A DNA stretch of 64,000 bases. Source: Treponema sp. GTDB lineage: Bacteria; Spirochaetota; Spirochaetia; Treponematales; Treponemataceae. The position numbers and the translations under genes are program-made. Position 1 is the first letter of the stretch, and every line of letters begins with the position of its first letter. Shown here piece by piece: positions 27,451-36,834 of the stretch. The stretch lies in assembly GCA_041855945.1 (NCBI GenBank), contig JBHAFG010000007.1:9670-73669 (forward strand), in the 5' to 3' direction. The notes beneath the pieces are model-generated. The model did no database searches. It was not told the DNA's origin and worked only from the letters and a program-made list of their open reading frames with translations.

Positions 27451-28458
27451 TTAAATATTGGATGTTATGAGCGCGTAGCGCGTGTCGTCCTTTACTACAG
27501 GCGTTCGGCTCTTGTAAAGCGTTATGCCTCCAGACTGTGAGTCAAGATCAACCTTCAGGTCGGGATAGTAATTTTTCTTTATGTCGCGTATCAGTCCTAT
27601 TATCTTGTTGTAATTGTTGCTTTCAAGTTTTGCCTGCTGCAGTTTTCCAAGTTCCTCGTTCAGAGGCATGAACTGTTCCACCAGTCTGTCGCGTGGAATC
27701 CAAAGTCCCTTTTCCGCGTCGATTGGAGCGTTGTTCCTGTACACAAGCCACGCGTATATGTCCTTTCCGACGGGACTTGTTATCTCCTTGTACACTGAAT
27801 AGTCTATCGGAACAGCGTGGTTCTGGCAGAAATGTGAAAATTCTGGAGAAAGTATTATCTTGAAGTATCCGTACTTGAGATCGGCAGAGCCGTCGTCGAA
27901 TTCCTTGAACTGAACGCCGTTCGTGAACCTGATGTTTCCTGTGGAATAGGTTGTTACAGTCACGTCCTTTTTGGGATATTCGCCCTCGCCGTATATCTCC
28001 TTGAAAAGATACGGACTTTTAAGCTCCTTTACCCTCATGTCAAATATGAACGCCGCGTTCGAAAAACATTCAAGCTGCTCCCTTATGTCGGAGCCGCGCT
28101 GTTTTGGAAGCTGCAGTTCACGCAGGAGGTCCGCCATGCTCGTGTATTCTATGTTCACGGAAACGCCCTTCTCCTTTGAAAGCACGGCGTGTGTAGTGAG
28201 CACGCTCAAAAGAAGCCGTCCGTACTTTCCGAACGGCACGTTCTTGGGAGATGAAAGCGTGAGCGTAACTCCGTTTGTTCCTCGGCGTACGAAAACTGTC
28301 TTGTGGACGTTCTTGAACGGAAGCGAGGCTGTCGTGAAAAAACTTGGAATGTAGGAGAGGCTGTGCTGCTTTTCCGCCTGCCGAGCCTCCTCCATGAACA
28401 TCCTTTCCACGAACGGATCTACGAGGTCAAGTTCCATTTCTTCGTCTTTTTCTTTCAT
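27451..28458 (-). CDS. repA: RepA-like plasmid replication initiator
   Basis: 335 aa. The segment FTTASLPFKNVHKTVFVRRGTNGVTLTL...VPFGKYGRLLLSVLTTHAV resembles, from memory, the 'plasmid encoded RepA' family. Context of iterons, DnaA box and parA supports the call. Confidence 0.6.
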   Translation of the reverse strand: MKEKDEEMELDLVDPFVERMFMEEARQAEKQHSLSYIPSFFTTASLPFKNVHKTVFVRRGTNGVTLTLSSPKNVPFGKYGRLLLSVLTTHAVLSKEKGVSVNIEYTSMADLLRELQLPKQRGSDIREQLECFSNAAFIFDMRVKELKSPYLFKEIYGEGEYPKKDVTVTTYSTGNIRFTNGVQFKEFDDGSADLKYGYFKIILSPEFSHFCQNHAVPIDYSVYKEITSPVGKDIYAWLVYRNNAPIDAEKGLWIPRDRLVEQFMPLNEELGKLQQAKLESNNYNKIIGLIRDIKKNYYPDLKVDLDSQSGGITLYKSRTPVVKDDTRYALITSNI

Positions 28459-28490
28459 CTCCAGCCTTTTCTTTTGGATTGTGGTTTTTA

Positions 28491-28549
28491 AGGTAACAGA
28501 ATGACGGATTTTTTTAAGAAAACCTGACGTTTCATCAGAACTGTTACCT
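28491..28549. promoter_or_regulatory. inverted pair of iterons (AGGTAACAGaATGA ... TCATcagaaCTGTTACCT) in the repA upstream region; candidate autoregulatory operator
   Basis: Cores at 28491-28499 (+) and 28541-28549 (-), located 33-91 bp upstream of the repA ATG. Confidence 0.5.
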
Positions 28550-28631
28550 CATTTTACGGCAAGTATAACCGCAAGCCGATATAAATTCTAGGTGAAAGTC
28601 CAAATTTTTTATGCAGGCCGACCTTGAACGT

Positions 28632-28961
28632 TCAGGCCAGCACCTGCTCAAGTATCTGGTTTATGCAGCTGTTCACGGAAATTCCGTTCTTCCTTGAAAG
28701 CGATTCCAGTTTTGAATACACGCTTTCCGTAAGGAGGATGCTTGTACGCCTTGACTTGGTTTCCTTTCCGATTATGGTGAATGGCTGTTCAGCCTTCGTC
28801 CGTTTTTCCCTTGACGGAGATTCCTTTTTTTCCGCGGCGGGCGTGTGTTTCACCTGTTCTGTTACCTCTTTTTCCGAAGTTTCAGTTTTTTTTTCAGAAT
28901 TCGAGATGTCCGAAGAAATCCACGCTGTCGCGACGTTGGTGTCGAAATTTTTTTTCGTCAT
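28632..28961 (-). CDS. small ribbon-helix-helix (CopG/Arc/ParG-like) DNA-binding protein, probable centromere-binding partner of ParA
   Basis: 109 aa. Charged, disordered N-terminus. C-terminus RRTSILLTESVYSKLESLSRKNGISVNSCINQILEQVL fits an RHH fold. 4-nt overlap with parA. Confidence 0.55.
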   Translation of the reverse strand: MTKKNFDTNVATAWISSDISNSEKKTETSEKEVTEQVKHTPAAEKKESPSREKRTKAEQPFTIIGKETKSRRTSILLTESVYSKLESLSRKNGISVNSCINQILEQVLA

Positions 28962-29728
28962 TTTCTGCCTCCCTTTCCGTCCGATGAAAGAAGTTCGTCT
29001 ACAAAATTGCTGTAGTCCTCCGCAACCTTTGAGCCTGGCGCGTATTCAAATATTGATTTCTGACTTATCTGCGCCTCCTTTATGGCTGTTGCCTCGCGGA
29101 TTGTGGCCTCAAACAGCTTTGCGTCAAGTCCTTCTGCAATCTTTGCCGCAAGGTCTGCCACCGTCCGGCTCAACACCGTCCTGTCGTTGTATCTTGTAAG
29201 CAGGATTCCTTCCACCTTTATTCCGTGGTTTGTGTACTGTCGTATCGGCTTCAATGTTTCTGCAAGCCTCTGTATTCCCTGTATTGAATATATGTCCGCC
29301 TGAGCGGGAACAAGAACGGAACTGCAGGCGGTCAAGGCGTTTATCGTAAGGATTCCAAGGGCGGGCGGCGTGTCTATGAGGATGTAGTCGTAGCGGTCTT
29401 TTACGCCCTCAAGTTCTTCCCTTAGCCTGTATTCCTTTCCCGTTTCGGTGAGGATTCCTTCAGCCGCGGCAAGTTGGGCGGTGCCAGGAATCAGGTCGCC
29501 GTCCGCAAGGCTCTGTATTGAGTCTTCCGCCTTTGAATCTTTTGTAAGGACGTTCAGTATGTTTTTTTTTGAACTGTCCGCGTTCATCGTGAACGTAAGG
29601 TTGCACTGAGGGTCAAGGTCAACCGCAAGCACCTTGAAGCCCCGCGACTTCAGACTTGAAAGGACGGCGTGTACCGTGGTGGTTTTTCCAGCGCCGCCCT
29701 TCTGGTTTGTTACAGTAAATATTTTCAT
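28958..29728 (-). CDS. parA: ParA/Soj-family partition ATPase
   Basis: Deviant Walker A NQKGGAGKTTT, Walker B YDYILIDTPPALG, 256 aa. Confidence 0.9.
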   Translation of the reverse strand: MKIFTVTNQKGGAGKTTTVHAVLSSLKSRGFKVLAVDLDPQCNLTFTMNADSSKKNILNVLTKDSKAEDSIQSLADGDLIPGTAQLAAAEGILTETGKEYRLREELEGVKDRYDYILIDTPPALGILTINALTACSSVLVPAQADIYSIQGIQRLAETLKPIRQYTNHGIKVEGILLTRYNDRTVLSRTVADLAAKIAEGLDAKLFEATIREATAIKEAQISQKSIFEYAPGSKVAEDYSNFVDELLSSDGKGGRK

Positions 29729-30530
29729 TCTTCTTTCCTGAAAACTTGATGGATTATGTTTGATAGTATAAAAGATATTACAAAAAGTAACAAGTAGATA
29801 TTATTTTTATAGGATAACGGCATAGGTTTTGTATAGAAAAACATAATACAAAATATAATACAGGATTTGATTGTTCCATGCGCGGCCGCAAAAACGTCAG
29901 GAACGCGTAAAAACGCCCTTTTTTGGCACGGTTCGATGATTATCCCGACTTTTACGTCTGAACGCGTAAAAAGGGCGTTTTATAGCCTCTGGGGGCGTGT
30001 TTTATCGCGGACTTTGTGGGGACTTTTTTGTTTTTGTAGAGCTTCCTGTTTTTCTCGTTTTTTTAAGCGTTTTTCACATACGCTTTAGAGCGTTGTGGAC
30101 GTCCGCGCCGCTTTTATTCAAGAATGACACAAAGCGCGTTTTTTTGTTCCGGTGAAAAGCGGCGTGCTGAACGGTTTTTAAAATGTACGCGATGCGTGTG
30201 CTATGTGAGCGCGATGTGCGGGAAAAGAAAATCGCCGCGCGCTGTTTTTGCGCCCTGTGTTTGTGCGAGGTTTTATATTGTTTTTGTATTGCCTTAATCT
30301 TATGTTTGTATGAAATACCTCTTGTAAATATATTAACAGTATCATACATTTATAATATCTTTATGTTACAAACCCGACCTGTGTTTTACACGCTAATATA
30401 AACCGCATAAAATTGTAATCCATTGCTCTTATAAAAGTGTCATAAAAATATTACACAAGAATTACAAAACAGAATGTAATTGTCATACGTTTTATAATAT
30501 AAACATATTCTAAAAAATCAATGTGAACAA

Positions 30531-30725
30531 AGGTAACAGTTTGGCGGAAAAAATCGCTCCGCCTTCCATTTGCCTTTCGTGTAAAAATTCCCGATTCGGA
30601 CTTGAGTTGCAGGGGCGCAAGGTGTACAACATTCCGCCTTCCGTGTAAATGTTCCGCCGTCTTGAGTGCGACTCTTGAGTGCGTTCCATGATTTTTTAGG
30701 ACTTCCGTATTTTTTCAGGTAACAG
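30531..30725 (+). repeat. two further iteron copies (30531-30539, 30717-30725) bracketing an imperfect two-unit direct repeat (CCGCCTTCC..GTGTAAA..TTCC..CTTGAGTGC)
   Basis: The iterons read aggtaacagtttggcgg and aggtaacagtttgaatga. Repeat units start near 30559 and 30634. CTTGAGT(T)GC occurs three times. Confidence 0.6.
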
Positions 30726-30739
30726 TTTGAATGAAAGGT

Positions 30740-31969
30740 TCAATTACTGAACGCACCAAGGCTTTCAAGAGCCGTTCCGTCAAAACTGAAAAGGGCCTGG
30801 TTTTCCCAGTTGTTTTTTATTTTATCCACTGGGATCCAGTCGCCGCCCCAGTAGAAAAGTCCGCTTCCGCCTGATTTTTTAACTTCGTTCAATATGGTCT
30901 TTATGATTTTCTTCTGATTTTTCACGCTTGCGGCAAGTCCTGTTCCGTCTTCTGTTTTTTGGGTTTCCATGTCCTGCGTGTAGGGAAAAAGGTTTTTGAA
31001 TCCCTGAACCTTGTGGCTTTCTCCAAAAAGATTTGTAGTGCCGTCGGCGTACAGGTCCGTCCATGCCCACGCCGTCTCCACAACGACGACTTCCTTTGAA
31101 AAATTCGATTTAAGCGTTCTGATGTTGGACTTGAGTTCGTCAAGAGTTCCGTGGTCGTAGTATGGGTAGTAGCTTAGTCCAATCGCGTCAAAGTCAAGGT
31201 CGTCCTCCAATACCCGGGCCTCGCTTGAACCGTCGGAATACGAGGTGAATTTTTTGAACCACCAGCTGGGGTCTGTTCCTCTGTCGCTTGCAAGGTGGAC
31301 CATTATGCAGATTTTTCTGTTGTGGGTTCTGACCGCCTTTGCCGCCGACTGCAATATTTTTCCAAGATTCCTTGCGCTTTCGTCCGAGGCGAACGACGAG
31401 CAGTGGGGCAGGGCGGGATTTTCTTCTGGATTTTCTCCGGCAAGTGTCAAAAACATTCCGGGGTTTATCTCGTTTCCGATTTGAACCATGTCAGGCTCAA
31501 AGCCCTTGAGGGCGGAAAGAAGGTCTTCTGTGTATTCCGAAACTTTCAGGCAGAGTCCGTCTATTGTATTTACATCGTTCCATGCAGCGGGACGAACCTG
31601 GCTTGAAGGATCTGCCCATGTGTCCGAATAATGTATGTCCAGAAGATATTTCAGTCCGTGGCGTTTTATTTCTCTTGCAGTTTCCACGGTTCTTTCTGTT
31701 GAATTGTTACCTGCGGTTTCCGGGGAGGGGGAGTGCCATACCCTGAGCCTTGTCCAGTTGATTCCGTTTTCCTTCAGGATTTTAAAAACGTCGTCTTCCC
31801 TTCCGGACGAATTCCTGTATTTTCCGCCACATTCAATTGTTTGAGAAACCGTTGACGCGTCGAATCCGCGCATGAACTCTTTTTCATCCTGTAAAGGAGA
31901 GGTGTAACAGGAAACGGCGTGTACCGAAAGTAAGATTGTGAGAGTTCCGATTGAAATTGATTTTTTCAT
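30740..31969 (-). CDS. arabinogalactan endo-beta-1,4-galactanase (GH53), lipoprotein
   Basis: Lipobox VHAVSCYTS. GFDASTVSQ...ENGINWTRLRVWHSP and VQIGNEINPGM match GH53 signature regions. Confidence 0.8.
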   Translation of the reverse strand: MKKSISIGTLTILLSVHAVSCYTSPLQDEKEFMRGFDASTVSQTIECGGKYRNSSGREDDVFKILKENGINWTRLRVWHSPSPETAGNNSTERTVETAREIKRHGLKYLLDIHYSDTWADPSSQVRPAAWNDVNTIDGLCLKVSEYTEDLLSALKGFEPDMVQIGNEINPGMFLTLAGENPEENPALPHCSSFASDESARNLGKILQSAAKAVRTHNRKICIMVHLASDRGTDPSWWFKKFTSYSDGSSEARVLEDDLDFDAIGLSYYPYYDHGTLDELKSNIRTLKSNFSKEVVVVETAWAWTDLYADGTTNLFGESHKVQGFKNLFPYTQDMETQKTEDGTGLAASVKNQKKIIKTILNEVKKSGGSGLFYWGGDWIPVDKIKNNWENQALFSFDGTALESLGAFSN

Positions 31970-32155
31970 AACTTGTATGCTTCTCCTTAAAAGAAATTGT
32001 TTTGCCTGCGTTCATGCGCGTGGACTTGTGCGTTCCGCCTGGCGGAAGTGTAATGGACGCACAGATTATACTACGAAAAATCGGGGAATCTAAAAAAAAT
32101 CCTAATCAGTGCTTATTACTACAGAATTAAACCCCCATATATAGTGTAAAAACGT

Positions 32156-32184
32156 TTGACTTTGCCAAAGTTGTGACTTAACAT
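32156..32184 (+). promoter_or_regulatory. sigma70-like promoter TTGACT-N17-TAACAT upstream of mglB
   Basis: cgtTTGACTttgccaaagttgtgactTAACATtttg, about 70 nt upstream of the mglB ATG. Confidence 0.4.
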
Positions 32185-32191
32185 TTTGTAA

Positions 32192-33469
<1,278 letters not shown>

Positions 33470-33553
33470 TCTAATGTAACTGGCGGAAGGTCTGTAAAGC
33501 CTCTTTTTTGATGTTTTACAGGCCTTTTTTTTGGAAAAAGGAATTTACTTGGC

Positions 33554-35047
33554 ATGGAAGAAAATTTACTTGAAATTAAAAATCTTTCAAAATCCTTTGC
33601 AAAGAACAAGGTTCTGAGCGGAATAAATCTTTCCGTCAAAAAAGGACAGGTTCTTGGTCTTATGGGCGAAAACGGCGCTGGAAAATCCACGATGATGAAG
33701 TGTCTTTTTGGCATATACGCAAAGGACGAAGGGCAGATTTTCCTTGAGGGGCGGCCGATTGATTTTTCAAGCCCCAAGGAAGCGCTTGAAAACGGCGTGG
33801 CCATGGTTCATCAGGAATTGAACCAGTGTCTTGACAGAACTGTAACGGACAATCTTTTTTTGGGACGCTATCCCGTAAAGATGGGAATAATAGACGAAAA
33901 GAAAATGTTCCGCGAGGCGAGCAAACTTTTTGCGTCGCTGAACATGAGCGTGAATCCAAACACAATAATGAGAACTATGTCCGTTTCTCAGCGGCAGATG
34001 GTTGAAATCGCAAAGGCGGTTTCATACAGCGCAAAGATAATCGTACTGGACGAACCGACATCTTCACTCACCGAACCTGAAATCAACAAACTATTTGCGA
34101 TTGTAAGGGAACTCAAGGCGAAGGGAGTGTCGTTTGTATACATTTCCCACAAAATGGACGAGATTTTCCAGATTTGTGACGAGGTCGCTGTTCTTCGCGA
34201 CGGAAACATGGTTTTGCAGAAGGGAGCGAGGGAACTCGACATGGAAGAACTTATTTCTGCGATGGTCGGACGTTCACTGGACAAAAGATTCCCGGACGTA
34301 GACAACAGACCCGGAAAGGATTATCTGGAAATCCGTAATCTTTCCACAAAATATGAACCTCATCTTGAAGACATTTCCTTTACGGTTCGTAAGGGTGAAA
34401 TATTTGGAATATACGGACTTGTAGGAGCGGGCCGTTCCGAACTCCTTGAGTCGATTTTTGGAATACGCACAATCGCCACCGGCGAAATAATCGTTGACGG
34501 AAGAAAACTCAGGTTCTCCAACGCCAAGGACGCGATGCAGGAAAATTTCGCGATGGTAACAGAGGAACGGAAACTGAACGGAATGTTCTCCAAGGCTACG
34601 ATAGAGTTCAACACCTGCATAGCGAATCTTGATTCATACAGGACTGGAATCGCGCTTTCCAACAGAAAGATGCGGGACGCGGCGAACAAGGAAATCAAGA
34701 AGATGCATACAAAATGCGTTTCCGCGGAAGAACTTATTTCGTCGCTTTCAGGCGGAAACCAGCAGAAGGTCATAATAGGAAAATGGCTTGAACGCGAGCC
34801 CGACATTCTGCTTTTGGACGAGCCTACGCGGGGAATCGACGTTGGAGCGAAATATGAGATATACCAACTAATAATAAATATGGCTAAGGAAGGAAAAACT
34901 GTAATCGTGGTTTCAAGCGAGATGCCTGAAATTCTTGGAATAACAAACCGAATCGCCGTGATGTCAAACCACAGGCTTGCAGGAATTGTTGACACGAACG
35001 ACACGGACCAGGAGGCAATCCTCCGCCTTTCTTCAAAATATCTTTAA
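33554..35047 (+). CDS. mglA: sugar ABC transporter ATP-binding protein (tandem ABC domains)
   Basis: Two ABC cassettes: GENGAGKST / VSQRQMVEIAKA / LDEPTS and GLVGAGRSE / LSGGNQQKV / LLDEPTRGID. Confidence 0.9.
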   Translation: MEENLLEIKNLSKSFAKNKVLSGINLSVKKGQVLGLMGENGAGKSTMMKCLFGIYAKDEGQIFLEGRPIDFSSPKEALENGVAMVHQELNQCLDRTVTDNLFLGRYPVKMGIIDEKKMFREASKLFASLNMSVNPNTIMRTMSVSQRQMVEIAKAVSYSAKIIVLDEPTSSLTEPEINKLFAIVRELKAKGVSFVYISHKMDEIFQICDEVAVLRDGNMVLQKGARELDMEELISAMVGRSLDKRFPDVDNRPGKDYLEIRNLSTKYEPHLEDISFTVRKGEIFGIYGLVGAGRSELLESIFGIRTIATGEIIVDGRKLRFSNAKDAMQENFAMVTEERKLNGMFSKATIEFNTCIANLDSYRTGIALSNRKMRDAANKEIKKMHTKCVSAEELISSLSGGNQQKVIIGKWLEREPDILLLDEPTRGIDVGAKYEIYQLIINMAKEGKTVIVVSSEMPEILGITNRIAVMSNHRLAGIVDTNDTDQEAILRLSSKYL

Positions 35048-35062
35048 TTTAAGGGGAAAATC

Positions 35063-36556
35063 ATGGCTGAATTGAATTCTTTATACGAAGAACCAAAAAT
35101 AAAGGAATACATTGAAACCTTTGCGGACGGAAAAAACGCAAAAAACAATGAACTGAAGAAAACCGCCCTCCTGTATTCAAATTCCGTGGCGAAGTCTTAC
35201 ATCGAGCGAGTCGAGGAAGAACAGAAGAACGAGCGCGCCAGGGCCAAGGCGGAATACGCCGCGGAGGTGCAGAAAATCAGGGCGGAGGGAAATTCAAGAA
35301 TTTCTGGAGCGGCGAGCGTGGAGGACAAAAAGACCGCCCAGTATGAATTGAAGTCCGCGCTGTTCGACGCAAAGAGCCAGTTTGAAACTCGCATCGACCG
35401 CAGCAAGGACATCTGCACTCAGGCGTTCACCGACCATGTGCAGATAAACCGAGCCATAAGAAACCAGAAGTCCAACATTGTTGAAGACATGCAGTTGAAG
35501 TGGAAGAACTATGTGAACAACTTCAAGGCTTCAAAGTTCCTTTTGAGCAACGGTCTATACCTTGCGATACTTGTGTTCTTCATCGTGTGCGTTGTTGTGG
35601 CCCCTGCCATTGGAGCGGGAAACCTTCTGACGCTGCCAAACATATTTACGATTCTTGAACAGTCGTCGACACGTATGTTCTACGCGCTTGGTGTGGCGGG
35701 ACTGATTCTTCTTGCGGGAACGGACCTGAGCGTCGGTCGAATGGTTGCGATGGGTTCTGTCGTTACAGGACTGATTCTTCATCCTGGCGTGAACATCGTA
35801 AAATTCTTCAACATGGGACCGTGGAATTTTACGGGAATGCCTATGGGATTGAGGCTCATATTCGCGCTGCTGCTTTCGATTCTGCTCTGTACGACATTTT
35901 CGGCGTTCGCAGGTGTTTTTACTGCAAAATTAAAAATACACCCGTTCGTTTCAACGCTTGCAAGCCAACTTATAATATACGGACTTCTGTTTTTTGGAAC
36001 GACGGGAACGCCGGTAGGTTCGATAGATTCAAAGGTCAAGGATCTGATTGGCGGACGCTGGGTGATTGGAATGGTCAACGGCGAGATGGTTACGTTTCCA
36101 AAACTCATAATACCCGCCGCCATTGCGATTCTTGTGGCGTGGTTCATCTGGAACAAGACGAAGTTCGGAAAAAATATGTATGCCGTTGGCGGAAACTCCG
36201 AGGCGGCGGCCGTATCGGGAATTTCGGTTTTCTGGGTTACAATGGGCGTTTTCATAATGGCGGGAATTTTCTACGGCTGCGGCGCCTTCCTTGAGGCGTT
36301 CAGGGCCAACGCTAGCGCGGGAACAGGGCAGGGCTACGAAATGGACGCGATTGCCGCCTGTGTTGTTGGAGGAATTTCGTTCAACGGCGGTATAGGAAAG
36401 ATAAGCGGAGCGGCCATAGGTGTAATAATATTCACGGCGCTCACGTACTGTCTTACATTCCTGCACATTGACACAAACCTCCAGTTTGTTTTCAAGGGAT
36501 TGATTATAATCGCCGCCGTCGCGCTTGACAGCGTAAAATATCTGAAGCGCAAATAA
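35063..36556 (+). CDS. mglC: sugar ABC transporter permease (MglC/RbsC-like) with ~155-aa N-terminal cytoplasmic extension
   Basis: The C-terminal ~340 aa form a typical BPD-type-2 permease (GTDLSVGRM, AVGGNSEAAAVSGI). The N-terminal third is charged and predicted helical. Confidence 0.85.
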   Translation: MAELNSLYEEPKIKEYIETFADGKNAKNNELKKTALLYSNSVAKSYIERVEEEQKNERARAKAEYAAEVQKIRAEGNSRISGAASVEDKKTAQYELKSALFDAKSQFETRIDRSKDICTQAFTDHVQINRAIRNQKSNIVEDMQLKWKNYVNNFKASKFLLSNGLYLAILVFFIVCVVVAPAIGAGNLLTLPNIFTILEQSSTRMFYALGVAGLILLAGTDLSVGRMVAMGSVVTGLILHPGVNIVKFFNMGPWNFTGMPMGLRLIFALLLSILLCTTFSAFAGVFTAKLKIHPFVSTLASQLIIYGLLFFGTTGTPVGSIDSKVKDLIGGRWVIGMVNGEMVTFPKLIIPAAIAILVAWFIWNKTKFGKNMYAVGGNSEAAAVSGISVFWVTMGVFIMAGIFYGCGAFLEAFRANASAGTGQGYEMDAIAACVVGGISFNGGIGKISGAAIGVIIFTALTYCLTFLHIDTNLQFVFKGLIIIAAVALDSVKYLKRK

Positions 36557-36783
36557 TCGTGCCGGCGTAAAAAAATGCTTGCAATATCTGAAAGGCGTGT
36601 TAATATTAAGATGCAGTCAGGAACGAGATGAGGACGTACACCGATTGCAGAAAAGGGAGGACTTATGGAACCGCCATCAACATTTGCAGGCCGCTTGGTC
36701 GAACGCTAGAAAAAATTACCGCCTGTGGAAGATGCAGGATGTGAATATGGTGTCCGCCACATGATTGGCGCATGACACAAAAA

Positions 36784-36814
36784 AGGTCGGAAAGCATCCG
36801 GCCTCTTTTGTTTT
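36784..36814. terminator. bidirectional rho-independent terminator (A-run, 8-bp stem AGGTCGGA/TCCGGCCT, T-run)
   Basis: aaaaAGGTCGGAaagcaTCCGGCCTcttttgtttt, lying between the converging mglC and GGDEF transcription units. Confidence 0.65.
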
Positions 36815-36834
36815 AAAGCGTGTATTAAAAAATC

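Larger units (their letters stand above)
27102..30739. mobile_element. plasmid-type replication/partition module (oriV iterons + DnaA box + repA + RHH gene + parA + ~1 kb repeat-rich non-coding DNA); either an integrated plasmid remnant or the origin of a plasmid/chromid
   Basis: Ten copies of the 9-mer AGGTAACAG (one AGGTAACAC) are confined to this interval. It contains RepA-like and ParA-like CDSs and AT-rich tracts. No integrase is visible. Confidence 0.6.

Noticed and set aside
27102-30739. Looked for an integrase, transposase, tRNA gene or flanking direct repeats that would define the replicon module as an integrative element
   Set aside because: None were found. The only boundary-like repeats are the iterons themselves, so no insertion mechanism is claimed.
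31700-31712. Near-iteron AGGTAACAA (minus strand) inside the GH53 gene, and TGGTAACAG inside mglA (~34556)
   Set aside because: Each has a mismatch or an incomplete core and lacks the ATGA tail. This is consistent with chance occurrence in coding sequence.
34360-35004. 214-aa ORF antisense to mglA; similar antisense ORFs at 33466-33804, 35779-36255 and 36029-36466
   Set aside because: They lie opposite well-supported ABC transporter genes. No start context or motifs.
36579-36764. 61-aa ORF between mglC and the GGDEF gene
   Set aside because: No RBS, and it begins inside the putative promoter. The region is better treated as possible sRNA or 3' UTR (see finding).
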